Part shown: one piece after another, positions 38,901 through 52,450 of the stretch
Position numbering within the stretch: position 1 is the first letter of the stretch
Layout of the letters: each line of letters opens with the position of its first letter
Notes under the pieces: generated by a model
The model's database searches: none
What the model was told of the DNA's origin: nothing
The model's input: only the letters and a program-made list of their open reading frames with translations
Program-made: the position numbers and the translations under genes
NCBI GenBank assembly: GCA_028534125.1
Contig: CM052817.1
Span: 16,184,001 to 16,248,000, forward strand
Origin: Lama glama
Taxonomy: Eukaryota
Direction of reading: 5' to 3'
DNA length: 64,000 nt

Positions 38901-41527
38901 ATGTTTAAGCTGAACTCAGGGGCCAGGGTGCCTAGGGTAGAGACCAGTGAACATGAAAAATTAATTAATTAATTAAAACAGAAAAGGAGCAGGAAGCAAG
39001 CAGTAAGTCAGAGAGAAACATCTGGCATGAAATCAGTGAAGAGTGGAGGAGCTGGAGAGAGAATTCATTGGAGAATGTGAGAAATGAAGACATAAGTGAA
39101 TTTGAGGAGCAAATGGCTAGAGCAGCTGGAATAAACTAACCAGGACTCCTGCAGACGCAGAACACAAAGGGTGATCACTTGGGCTGTTGGGCAGCAGCCC
39201 CCAGCACAGAAGACAGTGAGAGGACCTGGCTTCTTCAGAGAAGAAAAAAATGGGTGAGGAAGAAGAAAGAAAAGGCAGGGAGACAGACCAAAAGGACTGA
39301 GATGGACAGACAGAAAGGACAGACACAGGGCTGAATGACTAGACAGATATATGAGCACACAGGCTTCTCTAAGACTTACCTCCTACGCAGGGAGGGTCCC
39401 AAGGATTTGACCTCTATTCTCACCTCTGCATAGAGGTGAACCCTGGGAGAAGACATTCTACCTCTCCAAGTGCAAAAGAGCCACTCAAAAAATACTCCCT
39501 GCCCTGAAAGAGGGAACTGCTGTGAGTTGCTCTGAATGCCCTGATTATGTCTGTTCAGGTCACTTTTGAGAAAGGAGGGGCTAAGAAGAGATTAGAGGTC
39601 AGGACTGCTGTCCACTCTTCTAAGGAAAACGTCAATTACAAATAAGCAGGTGGCCGAGACCTGATGTTCCGTCTCCTAGACATGCCCTTTCGCAGAGAAG
39701 CTTCAGAAATGTCACCCAGTCATGCCTGCCTTGCTCCCTTACACAGGCGTCCCCCACCCCCACCCCCACCCCACACCAGCGCTCCTCCTGCATCCTTGCT
39801 ACCACTCCAGAGCCCAACCTTTCTTCAAGGGCTAACTCAGGGGTTATAGCTTTCCTCCGTGCTTTCTAGAATGATCTTCTTCCTCAAGTACCCTCCCCTT
39901 GCTCAGAACTCAGGTGTTACAAGTCACCCTAAATATTTTTCTGATTGTCACAGGTACAAATGCCTTCTCTTTTGAATTTAAACCCAGATCTTGAGTATAG
40001 AAATTACATTTTCTCTTATTTCTTCCCTACGGCATTTTCTTAGAGAAGGCCTGGGCCAAAGCTGAGGCTACTTTTATGGTATGAATGAGGAGACAGAGAA
40101 ATACATCAATGCATGAAACTTTGAGAATAGAACTTGCCAGGCAGGAAACCTATGTAAGTGCCAGTTATTATTGTTATTACAGCTATAGAGCCTTGCCTGG
40201 TACATAGTTGATGCTCAGAAAATATGACTTGAACGATGCTTTGTTGTCCATTAATACACAGGTAACGTCCCTAAAATGCATACTATAGCTTCTCTGTGGA
40301 AGGCTTTAATTTTTATGAGCTTTCATTGCTAAAGTCTCTCTTTGGGAATCAATATTGCATATCTACTGCTACAAATTTTCTCCTCTAAAATAAATAGGAA
40401 GCAAGTCAGAAGTCTAGCTAGATCGCAAATTAAAGAGTAAGTGACAGTGAGCATAAACCAGCTAGGTTGCCACCAAGAGAAGCTACTGAGGTCCAAACCT
40501 CCGCCCCCCTCCGCCCACCACCCCCAGACAAGCCTTCCGTAGACAGAGAATCATTGGCCTTTGAGGATTTCTAACAAGAGTCAGCATTCCTATGGGTCTC
40601 TTCATCCATAGACACCAAATCACTGTGCAGTCAATTTTAATCTCTCCCTTTGAAGGATAAGAAACCAGGCAAAGGATTTCCTTTTATTTTTTTTTCCCCC
40701 ATGATCCCACAAAGATGCAATGACAAGGCATTAGATGCTCCCAGCTCTTTGGCACCAGCCATGTCTGTAACTCTGGGATGACGACCACCAGGCTTTTTGA
40801 GGGTGGCAGCTCTAGCCACAAAGCCTACGCAGAAACACAGCACAACCCCAGGCCCCTCGTTCTCCCTGGGCCCCGCCTGCACCAGCAAGTGCCTGGGAAG
40901 GCTTCTGAGGAGGCAGTTTCATGGGCGACTGGCCATGCAGCGGTCAATCAGAGGCATCAATCACTGCTTTCAACCCAGCTGCCTCTCCAATTAATGCAAA
41001 GCTGTTTAGTTAGTGCCTTGAGAGTTGGGACTAAGCAGCAGCCTCAAAGAAAATTCTTTAAGGACCAAAGCAAAACCGCTTTCCTCATCATGAGACGCTT
41101 TTGTGTGTTTGTTTTCATTTTTTAAGTTTACTCAAAGAGGAAGAGGATCTTAATAATCTCCTTCCCTCCATCACAACTTTTAGAGACATTTATTGGAAGC
41201 CAAACCTCTCTTGGCATTTGCCAATTGCTAAATAGAAGTTGTTTTTCCTGCCAAATATACCCTCTCTTTTTCAGTGTTTATAAATAGATTATATATAAAT
41301 AGGATGAGTTAATGTTGTTCATCTGATGAAATGGATTAAAATAGATGAACACAAAATTAAGGTAAAATAGGGTTCTATTGGAGTTTGTGGGAAAAGCATC
41401 AGAGAGAGCCTTGTGCTAGAATCCAGGGCACCAGACAGTGCAGAGAGAAACCTAACCTCATCCTGAAAGGACTGGTCTTGACTTGACCAGCAAGATTCAT
41501 AGAAGTAGCTGAGATAGGGCCCCCACA

Positions 41528-41713
41528 TAGGGTTGCCAGATTTAGAAAATAAAAATACAGAATGTCCAGTTGAAAGCAAGTGTCAAATTAATAACAAATA
41601 ATTTTTTGTATGTTATGTCCCAAATATTGCATGGGACATATTTATACTAAAAAATTATTCATTGTTTATCTGAAAGTTAAATTAATTGTCCTGTATTTTA
41701 TCTGTCACCCCTA
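41528..41713. mobile_element. MER53 palindromic hAT MITE
   Basis: TIRs tagggttgccaga / tctgtcaccccta; central tatgtcccaaatattgcatgggacata; whole element self-complementary. Confidence 0.9.
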
Positions 41714-41974
41714 GACCACAAAGAATGTAAGTGGATCCTGAGAAGACAAGGAGTTAACTCCCGCTGGCAAACACTCAAAGGCCAGACGCTTCGTCTAAAT
41801 CAATTAGGTTGGCAAAAAATGTGCTTGAATTATTCACAAATTCAGGACCTAGCAGCCTTCAAGAAACGTGGCCGGTGGCGTCACCATTGTGAACTTTACC
41901 ACTTCAGCAGTCCTAGCTGTGTGGACCTGTGATACACGCTTTAGAGTAGTAACCCACTCATATTTCAAACAGAA

Positions 41975-42200
41975 AATACTGTTATCACCAAAAGCACCTC
42001 GATGTTTGTGCGAGGCCTCTGTGCTAGGCTTTTATAACTCTAACTCATTGAATCCTCACATCTCTGTGAAGCTTGTATTATTTATCACTTGGCAAGTTGC
42101 AGAAACCTGCCCAGGGTCACAAAGCTGGTAAACGGAGGTGTCAGGATGGACATCACGATCTGTCCTACCCCCAAGCACATGTCATCCTATCTCACCATTC
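41975..42200 (-). mobile_element. MIR SINE
   Basis: ctgtgctaggcttt...taactcattgaatcctcaca...cctgcccagggtcacaaagctggtaa. Confidence 0.85.
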
Positions 42201-43574
42201 AAATCAATGCATTATTTTTTTTTCAATTGTAAATGGACAATGTGTGGAGGACTGTCTTAGATACTGTGGATTGATTCTGGTTGATAGCAGGGGAACAAGA
42301 CAAAAGACAAGGGACTTGAATATTAAGAAGACAAGACAAATGCATAGAAGTACAATAAATAAAAGACAGTAAAGAAGTGTCAGTGACTCTCACTTGGAAC
42401 TAGAAAGAGTTCTGGGCATCAAATCAATATTACTAACAGTGAGCATCATTTAATAAACACCTGCTAAATCCCAGGCACAAGGTTGGCATTACAACCTTAC
42501 TAGTACAAATGGGGAAGTGAGGCGGAGGCTAGATAGCTTTCCCAGAGATGCCAAGTACTAGAGCTAGAAGAATTAAACCCACATCCCTATGATCCCTCTC
42601 CCAAAAAGCCCAAACTCTGAATCACTAGGCTGTGATGCTTTGATACAATTCTTCTCAGAAATGTACTTTTAAAAGCCTCTCCTTTCTGCCCATGACTTCT
42701 TACAGCCTTCAGCTCACTTCAAAACACAAACACACAATTTACTTTCACGGGACATCATGGGATGTAAATGCTTCATAAAAGCCAATGAATAGATGTCGAT
42801 CATCCATGTGTAATCTTTGTGCCTAGAAGAAAAGGGCCACTGCAAAAAGAGATTTGTTGCCGTAAGGTCAGGAAAAGCCCACCTCAAGAGTTTGCTTCCA
42901 TCCCAGAAGTCAGAAAATAACACCTGGATCTCATCATGAGCTTTGAGGGAAGTAAAGGAAGTGAGAACCCCTCATATTTTGATTTAATTCAATCACCATC
43001 GAATGAGTATACCATTTCCACATGGGGAAAAAAGTGGCCAAAACAGCCTAGTTTGCCTGTGTCCAAGGCCTCTACTACTCTGTGCCAAGAGACAAGGAGA
43101 CAAAGAGAAAAGTGTCACTGAGACGTAACCATTCTCCTCTCAGCTATGCTCTGTCTGGGTCAATCAGAGTTCTTTGGTTGCAAGCAACAGAAACTGCCTT
43201 TGGCCAATGCAAGCCCAAATAATTTTCACAAAGAAGAGAATAAGAGTTCCTACCGTGACTCTTGGGACCAACTGAAAGACTGTGAGTCAGGGTTCAGAAG
43301 AAAACAGAGGATCTAAATAGCAGAAATTAATAGATTCTCATACCAACCACCTCCATGGAGACATTATTTTAGCTGCAGTTACAGTCAATATTCCAATTCC
43401 TGAGAGAGAGAAAAAGTAAAATTCACATGCTCTTATCAAGAAGAAAAGGGGATTGTACTCCAAATAAATAAATAAATAAATAAAATAATTTTTCATTTAA
43501 AACCTTTTTTTAAAGGGGGTGAGTCAGGGAAAAGATATGCTTTGGGAAGCAAAAACATTAAATGGTTACAAAAA

Positions 43575-43830
43575 TATCGTAGAGTGGCTTCAAGCTCAGA
43601 CACTGAAATCAGACTTCCAAAGTAAGCATCCTGGCTCTGAGGCTTACTGTGCAGCCTTGAATAAGTTGTTTAACCACTTGGGGCTTCTGTTTCCTTGACT
43701 GCAGAGTGGAAATGATGCTAGTACACATCTCATTTAGTTGTGAGGTTTCAAGAAGTTAATCCAGGTAAACTATTTAGAACACTGTTTACTATGCTACAGG
43801 TAATCAGCACATGCTGGTCACCATTCTTAT
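43575..43830 (+). mobile_element. MIR SINE
   Basis: catcctggctctgaggcttactgtgcagccttgaataagttgtttaaccacttggggcttctgtttcc. Confidence 0.85.
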
Positions 43831-45804
43831 CACTGATACGCACGGCTGCTCTTGACCACCATGTCTGAGGACTGTTTGTTGGCGCAGCATAGCCTACCTG
43901 ATCCTGGCTAGGATGGTATTTCACCTTCAGAGCAGTTTAGTCCACTTAAGCCAACACCCACTAAGCATCTACACATACCAGATTCTGGGCTAGGCACTGA
44001 ACAGTCATAGAAACAGACACGGTCTGAGCTTAAAATGTAGCACAGAATGAGTAGTTACTCTACAAAACTACAAAACTACTCTTTTACTGTGCTCAATTCC
44101 ACACCAAAAACAAAACCTAGAAACAGATGTCCAAGAGGCATAGTTCCTATAAAGTTCTTGGGTTTCACTGGTTATCTGTCGTACCAGTTTACTCTTCCCA
44201 AAATGTAAACGTCTAGAAGCACCTACGCCTCCCTTCTGTGAAACAGCATTTATACCACATATGTGTCTAATAAATGTGCTTGCTAAATGTTTAATGATAA
44301 GAACCTAAACAACTCCTCTTGCTACAGTAATATAACAGCTAATAGGCCACTGGCGGATGAAGCAGTAAAAAGAAGTACAGAATTGAGTCAACTAAATCCA
44401 TAGGTCTCATTACCATGAAGGGGATAAAATATTCTATACCAAAACCAATGCACAAACGCTGCCAAAAGTCACAGCCAAATACGCAGATTGAACACAAAGA
44501 ACAGCTGCGGTGAAAATTTTATGCTCTTTATTACACAACTTCTCCAAGGACCTGATTTTAAATTCAGTCACTGATTTCCTCATTTGTCAGCATGGATTGC
44601 CACAGCCGACCACAGAACCTCATTGATAAATGGGACTTTTGCTATTAAAAATTATTCACTAAAGCCATAGTTTCCAGTGTAATAAAAAATATATTGACAT
44701 TGCAATGTGAAAAGTCTATGGCTTGTGCATGAGCATTATTGCCTAAGCAGTTGTAACAGAAGGGACTTAGTTCTGTCTTGGGTGTAGGATTGTACACAGA
44801 AGTAAGTGTATGGGATTTTTAAGGTTCCATGGTGCCCTGGAGCAGTATTTTACTAAATGAAGCCCCTTCAGAGGGCTGAAATGGTTAACCATCTTGCTCA
44901 GCTCTGGAGGGATTGAAGAGGTAGCTCACTGTTTGGAAAGTATGGGCTACAATTTAGTCTCCCTTTTCCAAATAAGTCAAAATACAACTCATTTGAACAT
45001 GGACCGGTGGCCAATCAAGTCTCTGTGGCCCAAACTAATGATGTCCCAACCTAACACATAAGTAACTTCCATCTCAGGGACTATCGCAAGCCTATTGAAC
45101 TAGGCTGTTTGGGTCCTTCAGGAAAGACACATCTTACACTAGAGTATGAATAGTATCACTAGAGACAAGGATGAGGATAGAAATTCCAGGCAAGAAAGCA
45201 CCTTTTTGAGAAATGTAAAACCTTCTTAGGTTAATTGTATATGAGTGAACCTCATCTGTAAGAACCCTGTGTGTTGAAATTAGAGCCTGCCTCAAAAATC
45301 GTGTGCCTTTTTATCTGTGATGTGCAAATTAAACATTTTCATATTCGCAATTTAAGCTTTTAGTTAATTCATCATTTCCAGTCTGATGAGGGTCCCATGC
45401 ATCTAGGCCTTCTAAAGGTCAGGTCTGATTAGGTGGGTGCAGCATGAGATAAATGTGAGGACTCTGGCATTCTTGCCTTCAGTATTTACTGCCTGCTCTT
45501 TCTTCAGGAACCGTCTGCACCAGTTACTTGTGTCTTCCTCATATTTTTATATTATTGTTCAATCTGCCACATTGTGATATATAAGACCTCATTAACTAGA
45601 AATAAGGCAAAACTGCCTTCCTACTGCTTTTATGTTTTTTCTCCTTTAAGCAATGGTATTTTTCTAAACTATAGAATTGTTTACATAAGTTAAAAACACA
45701 GGATGTAAGTGTATGACATATATACATACTCATGGGATGATGCATTCCACAAGCATGCATCAAAAATTACACTTATTGTGTAAAAATAAGTATGTATACA
45801 CAAC

Positions 45805-45839
45805 CACCCACCCACACACAAACACACACACACACACAA
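45805..45839. repeat. (CA)n microsatellite, imperfect
   Basis: cacccacccacacacaaacacacacacacacaca seen directly. Confidence 0.9.
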
Positions 45840-45942
45840 CTACAAATGCATAATGTAAATTTCCAGCTAGATAAACTGGTTATTAAATTGACCCATCAAC
45901 TTACAAACTAGTACACGCATGCCACAGAGAATGTCTACCTAA

Positions 45943-46445
45943 TGTCTGTTAGGTAGGCAGCCTAAGCTAAAATTCATTCTCCCATCCTGCTTAACTAATA
46001 AAGCCCCAATTTCATTTGGAGCATCAGTGTGCCCAGTTGAGGCTACATCTCACAGCTTCCCTTGCAGCTACGTATGAAGAGGTAAATTCTGGCCAATGAA
46101 ATGCAAGCAGAAGTCATTGCCTGGGATGTCCAAGAAACTCCCTAAAAGATGACACCAGACCAGAACTCACCCCCTTTTATTGCCCTTGCCCTTGCTCTTC
46201 CTGCCTGAAACATGGAAATAACAACTGGAGATTTAGCAACTCTCTTTCATCTTGAAGAGGAAAGCCCCATACATTACAAATGAAAGAACAGAAAGACCTG
46301 GGTCCCTAATAAATTTTTGGAACTACCATGCCAGTGTTAAAGGGCTGTTTCTGGTCTTCATTCATAAAGAGAAAAATTCCACGCCTGATTTGTTTATTCG
46401 CTACTTAATTCAATATTGTATAAAGTCAACTAAAAATCCAAATAG
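45943..46445 (+). mobile_element. MaLR LTR (MLT1J-like)
   Basis: cagcttcccttgcagcta...ttctggccaatgaaatgcaagcagaagt...cttcctgcctg...gacctgggtccct. Confidence 0.8.
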
Positions 46446-49400
46446 TCATTTGTGAGCCTGTTAATGGTGAATAAATGAATATAATTCAGATTTTACCTTA
46501 ATAAAAGTTGATTTATTTTTCACTATTTATCATTAAAAAGAAGATCAAGATCTTTCAGACCCCGTAATTTGGAAGGATTTTATCTGGCAAAACTATCCAA
46601 GTCCAGGGTTAATGAGGTTCATGTTGATGAGAATTGAACTCTAGCTGTTAAGTAAATAATAACACCAGTAGTAATTTAGAGCTTTTCACCCCTAAAATTT
46701 GCAGCAAATTGCAAATATCCCTAAGGGGTAGGTAAAATTACTGACATAATTTTATTGACAGAGAAACTGAGTCATCAAGTCATAAAATAGCCTGGAGTCT
46801 TATTTAGTAAATAAGCAACATCAGTTGAGGGAGATTGCAGTTAGCTTCTAAAGGCCATCAAAGAGGATTCTTTAAGCATCAGCATTTAATAAAAAGTTTA
46901 AAATGCACCCTCCCCGTCCTCATCATCATCCAAAACAAAGTGTGTGTGCATGTGTTTTTGAAGCAGGCAGCCAAGGTTTCGTGGTTCTTAGAACCAGTGA
47001 TGGCCTCAAATGCAAAGATCCTGTCTGAGGTCTTTTTATCATTTCTTGTCCCCTTAAACTAGCATAGGGCTGGGCACACGAGAGGTGCCCAGTGAGTGTC
47101 TACTGAAGGAGTAACTATATTATGAAATAGTCCTGGGCCACGCTACTCCTGAAATTCAACATTCACTTTGAATCCAGGCTATTTCTATGTTAGGAGAAGC
47201 CCTTCTTTTTCTCTTTGCGTCCCCCACCCCCACGTTGTCCCCCTGCCCCAAGGCTGACACGGCATTCTCCTGAGTGCCTTGCCACTCTGCATTCAAGCCA
47301 CCTCTGAAAATCCATCTTCCCTCTTGATTCATTTCTCAACATGAACAAGGAAACGGTTTGATGATGGACTAATAATTGACGGTTATGATATCTGATGTTG
47401 TATAAAAGGTTTGATTTCATGGCTGCATCACTGTTTATAAAGCATCATATATCGAAAAAGAAAGAAAAAAAATTATGTCCTGAGTAATGTCCTTGCTGGA
47501 ATACTTTCTTCCTGGAGGAGAGCTGTACCGCCCACAGAGACGGATGGGCCACTTTTAAATTAGTAAGAGCTGGAATGTCTCTTCTCCCCTTAAAGGCTGT
47601 TGTTATGAATGGTCAGCATGCAGCCAATCTCTTCTTTGACCCTGCCCTCCAGGCCATCTTAGCTACTTGTCTTAAACTTGAGCCCTTTGACAGGGTGTTT
47701 GATGGAGGTGGCCCTGAGGCAGAAGGCTGGTTTTATTGAATCAAAATGCTATAGCTTCGCTGAAGACCTTTCATCCAACCACTGCTGAAGGCCTTTGAGG
47801 CCCTTGTTTACAGCAGGTGGATGAAGTGAACTTCCCATGGTCACTTAACAAGTCAAGGGCCAGGCAGGGCATTCCATAATCAAGTCCAATGGCCGTGAAA
47901 CCTCCATTTGTGCCGTTTGTCATGCACACTTGGTGTTTCTCAAATGGCAGTCAGGAATTATCCATCCAAAGAAGTTTCTGGAAAAACAGGGGCTCAGAGG
48001 AGCACAGCTGTGGGAGAAAAATGAATCTTTGCCCGGAGACATAGGCTTAAGATCTGATTCCAACTTTGCTAAATGAAGACAAAAACCATCTTAATAAACA
48101 TTCTTTCCCGTTTTCAGTCTCCTTTGGAAGTCATGATATTCTTGTACCTCTCAGTCTAGTCTCAGGTAAATTAAAGTGTAACATCTAGTCAAAGGAGGCC
48201 TTCCTTTCCCTGACATGAAAACCTAGACCCCCGAGTTGAACTCTCACCAACATTCAAAATCTGTCCTTTCCCCACAACTTCCATCTCCCGTCCACAAGGC
48301 ACCCAGAAATGTCAGCTAGACAGGAACGATTAAAATCCTCGTGGAGACTATTCACTTTATTTCCAAGATAGAAGTTATTTTTGCACAAAAGGGAGGGGGA
48401 GAAGACAGAGGAAAGGTTATTTACAGAAATTAGCTGCAGAGAGAAAAAAAATGGGACTCTAAATGGAGAGATTATCAACGTAGAAAGATGTGTTAGAGTC
48501 TAATAAGAAACACATGCCTCATGCAGTATATCTGAATATAACCATTAGCAGCATGGAAGAGAGGCTGTTTACTGTATTAAAGCTACCTTTACTGGTTGTA
48601 CAGAAACAAAAAAGGATTGTGTTGGGGCCATCACACTCCCATCTTTTCAATTACGGAGATAGAACAATCTCAGATTCCGAAGCTAACTACAAATCAAAAT
48701 TGTGTTATGCTATCTGCTGAGACACAAATGGAAAATAAATACTGTTAACTGTCACTTTCCATTAGGTAACAGAAATTCAATTACATTTCAAACAAGCCTC
48801 CATGTCAACAGAATAAATCTGTTTCATAAATGAGCAGGTAACCATTTTTGATTCCAACTTCCCAAAGGGAAAAAATCAATTTTAATCACAATTCTTCAAT
48901 TTTTTTTTCCATATGAATGTTTCGAAGTCGAGTACATCATCTGGTCTGATAAACAGTGTTGTACAGAAGAAGGGGAAAAAAGCTGAAATTGGTTGCTGTT
49001 TGTTTCTGGTGCCTTTTAAACCAGAGACTCTTCATGTCCAGCTTAACTGAACTCTGTAATGTTCAGATGCTTTCACTTTAAAAGCAAATGTCAGAAAGGG
49101 CTGAAATGTACAAGTGAAATGCTTTCTGCGGTGGAGATGGTCCCAATAAGAAATGTACACAGGGAATATGAATCAGTTTTAGTGGCAGACCCTGAAAGGG
49201 GACACCCTTCCCCAGGCCCCCACTCCAACTCCCTTGAAATGTAAGGAGAATCGGAAAGACAAGTCTCTGTTCTGGAAGATTCAGTCAACCAGAGGACAAA
49301 GCTGATGAATCTGGGGTGACTGAGAGAGCATGAAGTAAATTGCTCACTCAGTGTAAGGGTATTTTGATCTAGAAACACTTGCTGGTTACCAACTTTTGTT

Positions 49401-49524
49401 GCAATGGGACAGTCTTTTGGAGGGGAACTTTATATATTTTGTTGGACTTCTAGTGAATGCTGAAGTATAGACAATGCCAAGAATGGGCTTCCAAACACAT
49501 TATAGCTCACTGAAGGACAGAGCA

Positions 49525-49775
49525 CTCATAACAGCCACTACTTAGAGTCCTATCTGTGACCCCAGGCACTGTTGCGAGCACTTTGCATAATTATTTCATT
49601 TAATCCTCACCAGCAGCCCTGTGAGAAAGGTCTCAGTCTGATCTCCAGAAGGCGATGTAGACACCGAGAGGTTAAGTTCTAGTCCAACTTGCACAGCAAG
49701 AATATGGCTGAGCTGGGATTCGAGCCCATGTGGTCTGACTTCAGAGTCTGTACTTGGCAACCATCTCTCCACCAG
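49525..49775 (-). mobile_element. MIR SINE
   Basis: ccaggcactgttgcgagcactttgcataattatttcatttaatcctcacc...gagctgggattcgagccca..tctgacttcagag. Confidence 0.9.
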
Positions 49776-49823
49776 ATTTGCAAATTCAACCCTCCAGGGC
49801 TCAGCAATGTTTTAAGTGTTCCA

Positions 49824-49955
49824 AGTGGATGACCATATGATTCATCGACCAAATCAGGAAACTTTTGAGAGCGAAAAAGGATTCTATTAATAATTGTGCC
49901 AAAACAGAAACAAACTGGAACTGTCCTTGGCAAACAGGAGAGCATGGCCTTCTTA
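49824..49955. mobile_element. MER94-like hAT-Blackjack MITE
   Basis: ggatgaccatatgattcatcgaccaaatcagga...ttttgagag...aactggaactgtccttggcaaacagga...atgg. Confidence 0.65.
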
Positions 49956-50276
49956 ATTTATAAAGAAGGTGTACATGTTACACAGAGAGTTTGAGTGATA
50001 AAGGAAGACTTTAGCAAAAGTAATATTTTATTGGCTTTTGAGAAAGGGTAGAGAGGGATAGTGAGCTGAGCCACTAATTCAAGGAAATATGAAGCCCCTG
50101 CTCTATGTCCAGCACTGTGCCAGGTGCTAAGATTATGGCTGAGAATAAGTCAGACAAGGTCATTGCCCTCTTGAGGTTTACCCTCCAGTAGGTTGTTGTG
50201 AGGCTCAAAATCAATTAAATGAGATAATATACCCAAGAATGGTTGTTGGAGGGCATGCTAAAGTGGAATACGTATC

Positions 50277-50503
50277 CAGTAGACCCTTGAACAACATGGG
50301 TTTGAACTGTGCAGGTCCACTCATATGTAGATTGTTTTCAATAAATACATACGGTACTACACCATCTGAACTTGGTTGAATCCACAGATACAGAACTGAG
50401 TATACAGAGGGCCAAATGTCAAGTTCTACTCGGATTTTCAACTGCACGGGAAAGGGTGAGGGAGTCAGAGCCCCTAACTTCTACGTTGTTCAAGTATCAA
50501 CTG
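50277..50503. mobile_element. Tigger2-derived MITE (MER8/Tigger2a-like)
   Basis: TIRs cagtagacccttgaacaac / gttgttcaagtatcaactg; internal ttggttgaatccacagatacagaac. Confidence 0.9.
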
Positions 50504-50524
50504 TGCACCAAGCTATCACTAAGA

Positions 50525-50780
50525 AGCAGGGTGTTAAGGTGGAAAGAACAAGAGTTTGGGAGTAAAATAGACCTGGATTCTAATTTGGCCTTTACCACTT
50601 ACTGTCTGTATGACTGTGGGCACATCAGTTAACCACTCTGAGACTCCATTTCTTGATCTATAAAACGTAAATAATAATATCTTCATTGCAAAGTGGTCGT
50701 TAAGAGCCGTGGATAATGTATGTTACATGCCTCCCACAATGTTGGCCACTGCTTAAAACATGGTAGCCACCATCATTATT
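50525..50780 (+). mobile_element. MIR SINE
   Basis: agacctggattctaatttggcctttaccacttactgtctgtatgactgtgggcac...ctctgagactccatttcttgatctataaaa. Confidence 0.9.
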
Positions 50781-51142
50781 GGGATGTCTGGGTCCTTGTA
50801 CCCTGGGTAGATTCAAAATGCACCAAGTATGTGGAATGTAAAGCCTATTTAGTTGGCTGAATTTGTACCACATTTGAAGCTGGCCTGAAGGAGATGAGCA
50901 TAGTGAAATGAGGGATACGTCCTCAACCCGTGGAGGAAATCTGAGTGATACAAAAATGGAGGAGTAGTCAGTATCCGTCAGTTAAGAGAACAGAGTCCAC
51001 AAGAGCAGACGGCCAAGAAGTGAACGAGGTCAGTGTGCTCTTGGGTTCTTGGCTGGGTCATAGACTTACCCCAAGACTTTGGTCAACATGGTGAACATCC
51101 ATATTCTAGCTCCCTTATCTGCAAATTCTGAGTGATGATCTA

Positions 51143-51290
51143 GGCCAGAAGATGGCAAACTTCTTCTAAAAAGGGCTTGATAGTAAACAGTTCAGGCTTT
51201 GCGGGCTATAGTCTCTGTTGCAACCACTCAAATGTTATTGTAGCCCCAAAGTAGTCAAAGGCAGTAAACTTAGGACCTGGCTGCAGGACC
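51143..51290. mobile_element. MER58A-like fragment
   Basis: atggcaaacttcttctaaaaagggcttgatagtaaacag...ggctttgcgggctatagtctctgttgcaaccactcaa. Confidence 0.75.
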
Positions 51291-51299
51291 GCTAAAAAC

Positions 51300-51420
51300 T
51301 AGGACTCTGTTTTATCCTCATTATCACCCCAACATCCAACTCCGTGCTTACTGAGACTCATTGAATGAATGAATGATTGAATGAATGAATGATTGAATGA
51401 ATGAGTGAATAAATGAATAA
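51300..51420 (+). mobile_element. L2 3' end with expanded (TGAA)n tail
   Basis: aggactctgttttatcctc...; tgaatgaatgaatgattgaatgaatgaatg at 51362-51418. Confidence 0.8.
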
Positions 51421-52009
51421 TAAAGCAACGTTGAAGCTTTATTAATGTAGTAACACTATTTTGAGGAGTGGCTGGTATTTTGAGGTTAATGATGGAGTAA
51501 AGGGAATAAGAGAAGAGTCAGCAGGACTCAGCGCGAGCAATAAAAAGGTGAGTATGAGCCAAGCTGCAGGGAGTGGGAATGTTTTTGAGGAGAGATGCAA
51601 TAGGATTAGATCAGTAATTAGGAAAGAATACTCTTAGATATTTATTACAGGAAGGAACAAGCTTAAAGACAGGGAGACTATTAACCCAGGTAAAAAGGAA
51701 CAGAACCTAAACCAAGACAGTGGCAGTGATGTAGAAGAGTACAGAATCAAAACATTTTAGAATTAGAATTGACAGGATTTATCTTAGACAATCAGGAGGA
51801 AGTTTAGACTGCAGATGCCCTGGGGTTTTAAGTGTTAGCATTTAGGAGGCCAATGATGATATTAACCAGAGAAAGCCATGGGGTGCAGGTGATAACCTAG
51901 CGACCACGTTAAATTTGACATGTCAAAATCTAGGACACACTTGTTGATCAGCAATAAATTCTCCTGAGTGTCACCCTCCAGTTCTCCAGCTTAGCTACCA
52001 TCTCCCAAC

Positions 52010-52450
52010 AGAAGAAAAATAATTTCCAAAGTCTTGGTCAAACACGCTGATGAAATCAATATTCACGCTACCTACAGCACGTCCTGCTTTATCAGTCTAA
52101 TAGTTCACTGGAAAAGAAGTGACATTAGCTTAGCTTCTTTTTCATTGACTTTAGTGATCTTTCTTTTTCTCATGTTCAGTAGCCAGCTATTTAATTCTCT
52201 CGAATTTTACTAGAATTTTTCTGAAGATTGATAGAATAGTCACTGATTTGTGGGTTTTCCAAAATCCATTTAATTCTTTTTTTTTTAATTAAGTCATCTA
52301 TAGATCTCCAGTCCTCTGGCCTGGCTCCCTGTCTCTGGGATATGCACACAACCACTCACAGTGGTCCTGTGGTGTATATTCAAGTCCCTGCAGTACCGTG
52401 GGGTGGCTCAGTGTCTGGGTGACATCTATGACTCACCCCAACTTTGAAAC
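52010..52450 (-). mobile_element. L3/CR1 LINE ORF2 fossil
   Basis: Minus-strand remnants HPTVLQ, PEDWR, GKPTNQ (cf. GNYRPV), KIL and NIDFISVFD (cf. YLDF-KAFD) in the order expected for CR1 ORF2. Confidence 0.65.

Noticed and set aside
41211..41224. NFI site TTGGCATTTGCCAA
   Set aside because: Spacer is 4 nt rather than the 5 nt of the canonical TTGGC-N5-GCCAA.
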